Source: Antedon mediterranea (Eukaryota; Animalia; Echinodermata). From it: a DNA stretch of 64,000 nt. The position numbers and the translations under genes are program-made. The notes beneath the pieces were generated by a model. That model was not told where the DNA came from. It was given only the letters and a program-made list of their open reading frames with translations, and made no database searches. Below, piece by piece: positions 1-13,000 of the stretch. The DNA lies in assembly GCF_964355755.1 (NCBI RefSeq), contig NC_092678.1, forward strand, positions 21,221,365 through 21,285,364, in the 5' to 3' direction. Position 1 is the stretch's first letter, and every line of letters begins with the position of its first letter.

Positions 1-895
1 TGATTCAGGGCCAGTATATGTTTTAACAGTACAGCTAACCCTTACTCAGGGGACACCCTAATATTTAATATTAAATTTCTTATTTTCTTAAAAACCAAAG
101 TCATAACTACAAATAGAAAAAAATATTTTTAATTTATTCAGATTTTATTAATCCTTAGGGAAATTGTCAATGATTATCTTTATTATTATTCTTACCAAAT
201 TATGGTAATAAAAAAAAAAATTATTTTTTTTTTCCAAAATTTTAACTGAATCTTAGTTATATAGAACTCGAAGACATAGATGTTAATAATATATATAATA
301 AATAAACATATTATACAGTTTTAAATAAATATAAACTTACCTTTCATATATGCAAACCTTAGATTAGTCATCAAGTTAAAACGTTTTAGTGTACACGAGT
401 CCAAACGTACACGAGTCCACGCTGTTAGTCGTAACAAACACAAGCCTTGAGAGCCACTGTCACAATGACACACTACACAGCAACAGGCAAACCATGAACA
501 CACATTCAACCAATCAGAATCGCTCATTTCTGAACACAGCACCATTTAGGTCAGAGTGTAGGTGGATCACATATTCTTATTATCAGGAAGCGCAATATGA
601 AAGAACTTTTCACCAACATTATCTAAGCATTTTTTAGCACGTTTTTTCAAGTTCAAATAATTGAGTTGGCATCACATGGGGGCTAATAATACATTGCATG
701 TACATTCACAATTTTAATATTAAAATGTAAACTTTACCCATGATAATAACATAGGAATCATAGGACTCAATATTTCTTTCATATAATATGATAGCAGGTT
801 TTATAATATATTTATATACACGTAGTATTGTTTTAGAAACCCCTTTTAAGGGGACACTGTCCTCTGAAACAAACAAGAGGCAATTTAGTACAATA

Positions 896-1720
896 TATGT
901 TTTAACACTGCAGTCAACCCCTTTTCAAGGAACACTTTCTTGTGAAACAAATGAAGGGCAATATATGTTTTAACACTGCAGTCAACCCCTTTTCAAGGAA
1001 CACTTTCTTGTGAAACAAATGAAGGGCAATATATGTTTTAACACTGCAGTCAACCCCTTTTCAAGGAACACTTTCTTGTGAAACAAATGAAGGGCAATAT
1101 ATTTTTAACACTGCAGTCAACCCCTTTTCAAGGAACACTTTCTTGTGAAACAAATGAAGGGCAATATATTTTTAACACTGCAGTCAACCCCTTTTCAAGG
1201 AACACTTTCTTGTGAAACAAATGAAGGGCAATATATGTTTTAACACTGCAGTCAACCCCTTTTCAAGGAACACTTTCTTGTGAAACAAATGAAGGGCAAT
1301 ATATGTTTTAACACTGCAGTCAACCCCTTTTCAAGGAACACTTTCTTGTGAAACAAATGAAGGGCAATATATGTTTTAACACTGCAGTCAACCCCTTTTC
1401 AAGGAACACTTTCTTGTGAAACAAATGAAGGGCAATATATTTTTAACACTGCAGTCAACCCCTTTTCAAGGAACACTTTCTTGTGAAACAAATGAAGGGC
1501 AATATATTTTTAACACTGCAGTCAACCCCTTTTCAAGGAACACTTTCTTGTGAAACAAATGAAGGGCAATATATTTTTAACACTGCAGTCAACCCCTTTT
1601 CAAGGAACACTTTCTTGTGAAACAAATGAAGGGCAATATATTTTTAACACTGCAGTCAACCCCTTTTCAAGGAACACTTTCTTGTGAAACAAACGAAGGG
1701 CAATATATGTTTTAACACTG
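896..1720 (+). repeat. Minisatellite, 66-68-bp unit, about 12 copies
   Basis: Unit TTTAACACTGCAGTCAACCCCTTTTCAAGGAACACTTTCTTGTGAAACAAATGAAGGGCAATATATG repeats nearly perfectly. It matches the interior of the CAGTAG-ended MITE family seen elsewhere in the window. Confidence 0.95.
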
Positions 1721-1948
1721 GACACCCTTTATTCAAAGAACATTTTTCTGTGAAATTCACTTTTTTTTAAACACTACACCCAACCCATATTTAAGGGACA
1801 CTCCTATTTACATTTTTTAACCTTGATTTTGTCCTCTTAAAATAGTTCAGTGGCAACCAGTGTTATATTTAAACTTATACAGAGTAAAATACAGTACTAT
1901 AGTATTAATATTTATATATTCTCCTTTCTTATTGATAATATGATGTTA

Positions 1949-2092
1949 AGCTCTGTCTACCCTTATCAAACTTTATGCGACAAAAAATGTGATGATGATG
2001 TCATATCACTACCATATTTGAGCATATCACTACCATATTTGGGCACATCACACTCTTTTTTGTCAAACTAGTTTGATAGTGTAGACATAGCT
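1949..2092. mobile_element. Tourist/PIF-Harbinger-like MITE (family A)
   Basis: Termini AGCTCTGTCTAC...GTAGACATAGCT, flanked by TTA/TAA; internal 21-bp repeat CATATCACTACCATATTTGGG. Confidence 0.8.
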
Positions 2093-2519
2093 TAAGGATG
2101 CAATTTTTTCACATAAAGGTAGTAACAATTTTTGTCAATTGACTTTTTAGTTTTTTAAACAAATTTAACGACTTCCTTTTAACATCTTACAACTAATGTA
2201 TTATAATGACTGATAAAGGAAGCGACCTAATGTTATTAATTAGGAGACGGATAAAGTCAAATTTAAAGTATTACAACTAATTCACATTTCAAGTGAATAC
2301 TTGTGGATTCCGTAATAAGATTAACATCAATTATTAAGGTCAACATGTTGTGTTTTTTGTTGTTTTTTTTGTCATTACCTTTGACCCTGTCGGTATTAAT
2401 TAATTAATAGCAAAACATTAAAAGTCTACATGCCTAGTATGGTACAAGAAGTACAGTACTTTCATTAGCTATTAATGTAAAGTAGAAAGCCTCTCCCTTA
2501 AGACAACCCTATTCAAAGC

Positions 2520-2709
2520 CAATTAAAAGGACACCCGCCTATTAAAGGGATACGTGCACCTATTAAAGGGACACCCGCCTATTAAAAGGGACACCCGCCT
2601 ATTAAAGGGACACCCGCCTATTAAAGGGACACCCACATATTAAAGGGACATCCACCTATTAAAGGGACATCCACCTATTAAAGGGACATCCACCTATTAA
2701 AGGGACACT
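2520..2709 (+). repeat. 19-bp minisatellite (ATTAAAGGGACACCCGCCT), about 9-10 copies, inside a family-B MITE copy (~2480-2940)
   Basis: Direct tandem array; the GGGACACC motif is the internal repeat of MITE family B. Confidence 0.9.
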
Positions 2710-4066
2710 TTCCCATGAAATCACCCGATTCCAAATCACCTGTATCATGTTAGGTTACTACTAGAATACATATGATGTTGTAATATTCCTATGATACTTT
2801 GGAAATAGATACAGTACCGAGAATCAGCTTATGAAATGAACAAAGGGCAATATATGTTTAAACACTACGGTCAACCCCAATTCAGAGGACATCCTTATTA
2901 AGGGGACAGTTTGCTGGGTCCTAAATATATCCCTTTAATCAGTCTGTTAATTTTAATTGAATGTACATCTTATTTTGTCAGTTGCATCTATAATTGGTGG
3001 AAGATATCTTCAAATTATACAATACTTTCATTAATTAATTATTAAAATACTACATGTACATAAAGCACTCAAATTCATCTCAAATTGGATTGTTGTTTTT
3101 TTAGTTTACTTTATTTCTTCATATATGTTACAAATAAAGGAATACAAATGTGCAATTCAAGCTAATTCTAAAGTTAGAACAATTCTTCTCATTATAACTG
3201 AACCAGTGTGTAACGTTCACGTTTCTAGCTCGTGTGTAGAGCAGCTGATTTAGTGTGACTCACATACTTTTAAGTAAACCCTAGTGAATAGCACCATAAT
3301 CAGTGTAAAGGGCTTCAGCTTATGATTATGATCTGTTCCTGGCTGATTCGACGATCCCTCAGACTATAACAATGAGTATAGGAATATAAATATAGGTGCC
3401 TGGATGTATTTCAGTGTCTGCAAGGACAAAATAAAACATTGTCTGCCGCTTGAATACTCTTTTTTACAATAGAACCCTTCCTTTCGAACACCCCTACTAG
3501 TTTGCAGCAATATATGTTTTCCCAGGTCAACTCTATACAGTATGTTTTCCCAGGTCAACCCTATAGAGTATATTCAAAGGAGTCACTTTGTTGGGGCCTG
3601 CAGGCAAGGGAGTTGGGAGGTTTAATAATGATACCAAATGCCTTCTTCCTTACTCCTATCGAAAATGTGTTGATTAAAGAAGATTTAAAGAATTGTTTTA
3701 CAACTGGATTTATTGTTTTGTGACAGAAGTATTGTCTCTGTACTAACTCTCACTTCTGTCATAATATATACATTATTTTGTAATTTTTAATTTCTTTATT
3801 TCAGACATAATTGTACATACAGCATTCATATACAGTATACCCTATCTCTATTTAAGTACTCTTGCAATGATGAAGGGAGAGAGATCCAGCCACACAGCAT
3901 TGTCATTTTTTTCAGTAATTTTCCTTAATAATAAATACTATAGTAAATAAATAAATAAATGTTTAAAAAAAAAAAGACAGCTACCTCCTTCCATTTCCAG
4001 TATAAGAAGGAATCAAAGAGTTATTATTTGTTTTTTAAAATCATTCGTTCTGTGTGTATTTTGCAG

Positions 4067-7000
4067 GGTGTTTGCTACAAGACTTAGCCAGTTGAATAAA
4101 GTTCTTCGTGGTATTAAGTTAGGAAACTTCAGGTGAGTGCTTATCATCACTTATTCACACTTTTCTAAAAATCAATTATAATTATGTTAATTGTGATAGG
4201 AAAGAATACATATCATTTAAAACACACCATCACTTTCACAATTTATTGCCATATCATGACCTTAATTATATTATTAGCAAAAGTTTTTGCCAAGAATCTT
4301 TCATAAATTTACATTGTTAACAACATGATGGAATAGTCTACTGATTTCTCTATGTTATCACCGTGTTGAATCAATTATAACCCCACCATTAATCTCATCA
4401 CTAATTCTATTTCCATGCCATGACCTCAATCATGTTAATATTTAACATTTTTGCCAAAACCCCATCATAAATTTGCATTTTAAACTCTGTAGACACTATC
4501 AAACTTTATGTGACAAAAAACAAATATGATGTGCCCATTTATGGACATGATTATGCACCATCACTACCATATTTGGCACATCACACTTTTTTTTGTCAAA
4601 CTAGTTTGCATATCAACCCACCCTAAATCACCACCAAATCTATTTCAATGCCATGACCTCAATCATATTAAAATAAAAAGATTTTTCCAAAACTCGTTCA
4701 TAAATTTGCATTTTTAACACTGTGTTAGATTATTGCATATCACCCCACCCTAAATCACCAAATCTATTTCCATACCATGACCTCAGTCATATTAATATCA
4801 AAGCTTTTTGCCAAAATCCCTTAGTAAATTTGCATGTTTTAACATTTTTAATTACTGCATAACACTCCACCCAAGATAATCCTATTGTCCAGAAGCTATT
4901 TCCTCAATCAAATCTTTGCCCAAATCCCTGCATCTTATTGTCAATGTTTACTGTGTAAAGCCTATCTTATCCTGTTAACCCCACCCTAGATTTCATCACT
5001 AAAATTAATTGATATAAAATGTTTTGCCAAGAATTCTGCATTGTCAATGTTATTAATGTATAATTCCTGAATACTCCACCCTAGATCGTATCACGAGGAT
5101 AAACTACTGAGCATAAATAGTTTCCTGATCTTTCTTGAGTCATTCAATTTACTATTGAACAAAAAAATGTTCCTCATTTGCATATGTTTGTTCTGGGACA
5201 CCACCTGTAATCTAATTCCTATTTTATGTTCTATTTAGTTGTAGAACATACACAGTAGAACCCCTTGTTTGTACAATATAATATATTGTATTCTTAAGCT
5301 CTGTCTACACTATCAAACTTTATGTGACAACAAAATGTTATTTATATATGGACACGATGATGTCATATCACTACCATATTTGGGCATATCACTACCATAT
5401 TTAGGCATATCACTACCATATTTAGGCATATCACTACCATATTTGGGCATATCACTACCATATTTGGGCATCACACTAATTTGATAGTGTAGACAGAGCT
5501 TTATAGGCATACAGTGCATCTAAAACAAGTCTGTACATTCATTCTTAACATATACAGCAGTTCTTCATTCATGATTGAACTTTTATAACATAACAATTTT
5601 TCAATGTTAATTCATACTCTCTGTCATTTCTGTTTCGTCAGTTACGTCAAGACACCGCTGTCCTTGGGTGATCTTTCTGGCAACCATTTTATAGTTGTTT
5701 TAAGGTGAGTATGTGACTGGTACAGAATTAATCCAATTGCACAAATGTTGCAGTAATTCGTTCGGCGATTGATGATTATTTAAAACATCTTGAACTAATA
5801 CAGGTGCTATCACGTCATCTATTTTTATAAATTGAGTTTTTTAATGAAGTTGTTAGTTTCAAACAATTTTGAAAACTATACTTGTATTCAGAAAAGTCAA
5901 TCCACACTATACATCTGCGGGTGGTACTCCTACTCTATTTTCCAAAATCATATATTCACGTCCTGCTATAATCATTTCCAGAGTTTTTTTTCTATTTTCT
6001 ATTGGTTTTCTTTTTCCAATTATTTTATGGTATATGATGATTAAAACTAGTAAAAGGTATTTTCAGGGGCACAACCATTTTTTTCAGTTGGAAGGGGACT
6101 GTGGGTCATCATTAAGAGTCAAAATGCTACTTTTGACCCCCTGACCACACTACTTGCCACACCTCTTTTTGACCATATCTCCAGCAAACTACCATTATCA
6201 ATGAAGTCGTGTATCAATTCTTGTTTCTTTTTTTCATATCATTTTTTCTATACAAACTAATATTAATAGTTTCAAGAATTTAACACCCTGGTACTAGCTT
6301 TCACAGATGACAGCTTGTATGGGCTCAATATTGAATTATCGCATGATTGGTCCGATTTCCTTCCCATTTTTTCATGTCAAAATTGAATCAGTTGAAACAA
6401 ATTTATGGTTCAATGGGTAAGCCATTTTTCTCTGAACCGGATCTTCAGAGTTTTTAGATTTACTGTAAAACATTAAAATGATTTTACATTTTTTTCCATT
6501 AACGTAGTAGCATTAAGTGTACTATGTGACTAAACAAAAATATTATGTTTTAGGCTTTAGTATGAGTGATCCAATTGGCTATTTCAAAATTGGCCATGTA
6601 AGTTGTAAAGCCTGCCAAATCACATACATGAGGTTCAAGGATAGTAACTATATTGTAGTGTGTTCTCCATACAACCAATGAAAATTTAAAAAATGTTCCC
6701 CCATTGAATTAAACTTTTTAAAGTAAAATGCTTTTACTTTTTGCCTCAACTGACGAATATTTGCATGTGCTGCAAATACCATATCAAAATACGTACCAAA
6801 TATAATTCCATGCTCGGGTATAATGTAATTCATAATTTTTAGGCTAAAGACATTGGTAAATCCAATTTAATAATCTGAATATAATCCCACCTCTCTAATA
6901 TTTGCCCAATTTTGTACCCAGACCCAACCTTCCTTATCAAACCTTATTATATAATGTTATACTAATATTTAATATTACTTCTATAGTATAAAATAATTTT

Positions 7001-10000
7001 GTGTTATAATTGAGAGGGAAAAAATATTAATTGAATTAGCTAATCAATAAATTTGTACATGTAATTAATTAATTAATTAACCAATCTGTTGCAAGATTTG
7101 TAAACTTTCCCCTTGCGTCATTATCTACCCCACCCCCAACTATCCGCTTCATCCACCGACCTGTTTCTAACATTGATGTAAGATATAGATATAAACACGT
7201 AATTGACCATAATCCGAAATGTTCATTAATATTTTCCCCTTTGTAATTTGAATATTTCAGTTTTACTTTCATTTTAGACATTCCTTTCATTTTTTAATAT
7301 GATAAATTTTCATCTTATTTTTTGAAATATTAAAATTAAATTATTTATAATTTTATTGAAATGGTATTTTACTATAATTGTATTGGGTTGAAATGATATT
7401 AAAGAATAAGTGTGATATTTCAAAGTTGAAAGGACCAGAGTATCTATGACGTATAAAAGCCCTATCTACACTATCAAACTTTATGTGACAAAAAAATGTG
7501 ATGGACATTATGATGATTACTACTGTATTTGGGCATATCACTACCATATTTTGGCATATCACTACCACTTTTTTCGTCAAACTAGTTTGATATTATTGTA
7601 GACAGAACTTAAGTATGTACTTCATCCATTTCCATATTGTTAAAAATTTTTAGTCATATCATTATTTTACAATTTGTAAATTTAATACGAAATCGCGTAA
7701 TTGAAAACTTTTTTTTTTACTGATTTCATAGATTATGAATGCGTATGAATATGTATAGAGTTGATTCTCCACATTATTTTTAGATATATATATTTAAATT
7801 ATATTTATTATAATAAAATTATCTTCTGAATGGTCAAGAGCTTTAAAAACCAGGTCAGCAGCATAGCTTTCTGATTGGCTAAACTATATATGACATTGTT
7901 AGAGATAATGTCACTGCACAGTGAAATTATAGTGACAACTATCATGTATAATGACATTGTATGTTAGTGACAAAATCATTGACCAGTGACATAGTGACTA
8001 TCATACCCAGTCACATTGTTAATGACAATATAATTCCACAATGACATTTTTGGTCACAATTTTCATACACACAGTGATATTGTTAATGACATTATTACAT
8101 AGCATATCATCCTTACAGTAGTACCCCATTGGAAATCAATTTTCTATTTTGATATAAAGTTTCATTACTTATTCCAGCATTGTTCATGCTTGTAATTGAA
8201 TGTTTTTTCCCCGCAAATTGTCAAAGTGATATATAAATCAAATGGTTTCAGGGACAGAGAGATCCCATAATTAGACGATTACAGAGATAAGTTTATACAT
8301 CTCTCAAACAGGATGCCTGCGAAGTATTTCATTTTACGTCAAACCATTATTCACAGGATGATCCATTCATGATTGACTCATTTCAACATGAATCTCTTTC
8401 ACACTGGTTCAGGTTAAACGGGTCAGACGTTGACTACACTTTAAAGTGTGAACGTACATTGAGGATTTTCTTGGTTTATAGAGCTATGGACAAAAATTTA
8501 GTTCTCTAGGGAGATTATTCTCAGACTATCTCTGATGAAAATCTGCTGCGATTGATTGGTCGACAGGAAAATAACCGTGGGAAACACAGTCATTGATTTG
8601 AACATACTTTTTCAATGTTATACATAGTGAGTGAGATAAACACATGACCTTTCTGTGACCTTTATTCTTATTGGTTCATCATTCAGTTAAGACTTTAAGA
8701 CATCATTATTCACAAATTGGAAAAGAATAGTAGGGATGATATTTTCTCAGGTCTGCCGATGTCCATATTTCATTCAAACTGGCTGCATCTATACGTATAG
8801 TAGTAGTAGATACAATTTCCAAATTATATCTACGCCTATATAGTGCTCCCTATGTCTTTTGATTAAGTACTAGTGTGTTTATGTTATTGATGCATCGTAA
8901 GCCGGTTGGATGGCTGAAGGTGTAGTGCCTGCGTCTCACGTCATGCTGTATCTTTAGACTAGGGTTCAAAAGTCATTGGTACCTTTTTTTTTACTCACCG
9001 TCTTCTTCAGTGACCATCAGCTTTCTCACCATATTTACCTAGAGGAATGTTCTTTTTTTTGTTACAAGGGCTGGAGGTCTGATTGTCTCCATATCTGTCA
9101 TCTATGAATAGGTGTTGACCTAGCAACTGTGTATTTCGTTTTCTCAGGTTTTTGTAAATATATTGGTCAACTAAATACACACTATTTCATGCTTAGGCAC
9201 ATATTTAATATAAGTTTAGGCATCATCACAATGAGAACCATCCCAGTGAACCAATCATTCTGTGTTTCATAATGCGTCACTACAACATAACCTGTTGTGT
9301 AAAATTAATAATTTAGAGAATAGATTATAATTTGATAGATATGGTATTAGTTTAAATACTCAATTATCTGTATGATAAGATAAAGATGAGACAATCTACA
9401 ACTTTGATGTCACCTTTACTCATCATCTACTAAACAAAATATATTATAATATATTGTTTACACTCTTTAATGGTTTTTCAACAAATATTGAAATAAAAAA
9501 AAAGGGTTGGTTTGAGGATATCATCATTGCCTTGTAAAGGTTTACTTACATCCTATTGAAAGAAAAACTGTTTGTAATTGTTTAAGAAATTATAATAAAG
9601 AATGATAACCATTTAAAAATGTGTTGCTTATAGTAATAAAAATGTGTACATGTTCCCATTTATACTCCTGAATTTGTATTTTACTGTTTAGAAATGTGAC
9701 TGGAGAGGATGGAGCTATGAACAGGGCAATGTGCTCCCTTCGAGATGTTGGGTTTATCAACTACTTTGGCATGCAGCGGTTTGGTAACTCTCTAGTTGCT
9801 ACCCACCAGGTTGGAAGGTAAATGATGGCTTCTTGTTTTTTGTTATCATAAGCCATAGGATAGGTTTTATATATTTGTGTGTGCCTTATAGATACACTTG
9901 AGCCTCTGGAGATGTAACTAAGCATTAGCGTGGTAGTGACATAAACGGACGGCTGAGAGCTTACTGGCTAAACCCAGGGGCCTCAGAGAATGAGGGACAA

Positions 10001-13000
10001 TGGTACCCAGCGTTAAAGTGCTAAACTAGTGATCTATGCCTCATGTGTTAACCACTGATAAAATAGTAGTGTAAATGTTTTTTTTCAAGTAAGTTTGAAT
10101 ACATCCACTGGGGCCTAGACATTCCTACACCTCTCTTTCGTTAAGAAAAAAACCCATCCATTAGCTATATGAAAATATGATTTAAAAAAAAATATGATTA
10201 AAAAAAAAAATTTGATTTTAAAAGCAAAGGCAAGAAGTTTGTTTAAATTCATGTTTCTTGTCAAATTGATGAATCACTTCAGGATTAAATCATGTGTAGT
10301 TATTTTCAAACGTGAAAGTCAGATTCATGTTCTGCTTCTAGAAATTTCTGTTCCATCAAATATTTAAAAATCTTTTACATGTTGTGTATATTACAGTAGA
10401 AACCCTTCTTCGGGACATCCCTATTCAGAGGACACCTTTATTAATTGAACACTTTCACATGAAATGAACCAAATTATAGCCCTTCCTCGGGACATCCCTA
10501 ATTAGGGAAACTTTATCGGACACTTTCACAATGAAATGAACAAAAGGCAATATTTGTTTTAACACTGTTTCCAACCCATATTTAGAGGGACGCTTTGTTG
10601 GGTGCCGAAAGTGTCCCCTTATAGGAACTAACGTACCCAAGTAATTAACTCTTCTGGACAGGCCAAAAGTGTAACCTTATTACAAAGAGGTGTTCTCTAT
10701 TGTGAAAATATACAGTATTAGTTCCCTTAACAGGGGTGTCAAAAGGGTCTACCATAATTTAAGGATTTCTGTAGAAATCTCCACATATGGATTAGAAATG
10801 TCAGCGGTTTAAAATATTTTAGAGAACCAAACCTAATGTATCATGTTGTATTCATTCATGTCATACAACCTTGACCTACAGACTCTTTTAGATCATTAAA
10901 AGGAAATTTATAACACTGTTGGAATAATTAAGTAAGACTCAGATGTCAATAAAAATTATATATGCTTGAGTAATTGGCACTGAATGAACGCTGCATGAAT
11001 GTTCTACAATGGTTTAACATTCATTAGCGATTGTGTGAATAATGTTATACAGCTACAGCTGTTGACTTAATTAGATGTCGTAGTAGCTATTCCTGCAAAT
11101 TTATATATATTATAAAGTATTTCTGCGGAGATCCCTCCTTGTGCATCTATCTGCTATAAGATAGGAGCGTACCGATTTACTTTCTGTTTCTTGTGCTTAC
11201 AATTGAGAATAAGTGTTGTTTAACCATACCGCGCCAAGGGTATTAGATGTACAGTAGTAGTAGCTATTCCTGCAAATTTATATATATTATAAAGTCTGTC
11301 TGCGGTAATCTCTCCTTGTGCATCTATGTGCTATAAGATAGGAACGTAGCGATTCAACCTCTGTTAGTTGCTTACAATTGAGGATAAGCATTGTCCCATC
11401 TATGTGTATTAAAGGTTCACTATCCAATCAATTTTGAACCATGACAGCTCCAATGGTCTAGTGGTAGGTTGCCTGCATATTAACGAAAAGGTTCTGGGTC
11501 CGAATCTCATTTGGGGAATTTGTCAATTTCAGCATCACTGGGTGGTTTGGAGTTAATTTATTCATAAACACAGGTGCCAATTAAATTTGAATATTGGGAT
11601 AGGGGTTGGGGGATACCATTCCTCAGAATCTGCACAAGGTTTGGTTTGAATATACAGATAAATAAATCATTTTTATAAATGTATGTAACAGTATGTGTTT
11701 CCTGGATTATTGCAGCCTATGATTTGTCATAACATTAATTATTTTATGACAAATGCATGCCTCGATGATTAAACCGGAAATTGAATGAGATCATCTGTTA
11801 AATGTGGAATCTAGTATTGGATATGTAGATTAACTGCCTGCTGCCACCTGGAAATGCCTATTAGGGGGTCAAATTTGCGTTCCTGGTACCAATTAATAAC
11901 TAGAGCCTAACATGTCAAATTAATAAAATGCTGCTATTGTTGAAGGCTCTAGCAGGATTTGATCTTGACGGTCATACAGACAAGGAAGTGTTAATGCCAA
12001 TTAGACCACACATGCTGTAAAACAATGTGTAAATATTATTGTGACCCGATTCTTTTAACTGTGTCTCTACATATGGCATAATTTGCAAATTCTATAATAC
12101 AGTGTCACATATGTATCACATGTGACATTTTTATATTATTGTTATGTTAGGCTTTAGTGTAACATGTTAAACATATACAGTATTTGTCACTGTATTTACA
12201 GAATTTGCCTATGATATTGGACAGTTGTAGATACAATACCGAGAATCAACTATAATGTGTAATACTAACCATCACATTTTTTTTTCTTCAGAGCTATACT
12301 TTTGCGCCAGTGGAATGAAGCCATTGACCTCATACTAAAGCCCCGCAGTGAAGGTAATTAACTGTTTTACTTAATATAGTCGAATCTCTCCTTTGTGACA
12401 TCTCTTACTTAGTGGAACTTCCCTGTGAAATAAATGAGGGGCAATATTTGTTTGGACACTATTATAGCCAACCCCTATTTAAGAGGAGAAGATACTTTCT
12501 TAGGTCCCAAAGGTTTTCCCCTTAGTCAAGTCAAGTCTAGTCAAGTCTAGTCAAGTCAAGTATCATTTATTATCATTTGTTTTAAGAAAAAACATAGAAA
12601 TTCTGTTTGCTCTGTTGGCGGAGCACAATATCGTACTTTATATCTGTAAACATTACAACAAACAATAGGTTAGTCAATTATTATCTTTATAGAAGATGAA
12701 AGAGATAAATGGCGGGTAAATTGGAAGCAGACAAAAGATGCAAGGAGTACCTTGGAGATGTTACCTAGCAACAAACGACATTCAGCTGAGAAAGAGCTTC
12801 TACTGGGTATTTTAAAGAACTCTGACAATCCTATTTATGCACTCTCCTATGTAAGTTTTAATTTGTTTTAACCCTATAGCCAACCCCTATTCAAGAGACA
12901 CATTTTCTTGTTTCCCAAAGCTGTCCTAAAGCTACACTATAATGTGACAGAAAATATCAGTCATAGCACTACCATATTTGAGCATATCACTACCATATTT

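Noticed and set aside
5269-5519. ORFs with ISLPYLG / MPKYGSD repeats
   Set aside because: Translation of the 21-bp internal repeat of MITE family A.
11446-11520. Functional tRNA gene (also 15320-15395 and 60380-60454)
   Set aside because: Stems do not pair into a full cloverleaf and each continues into a SINE-like body.
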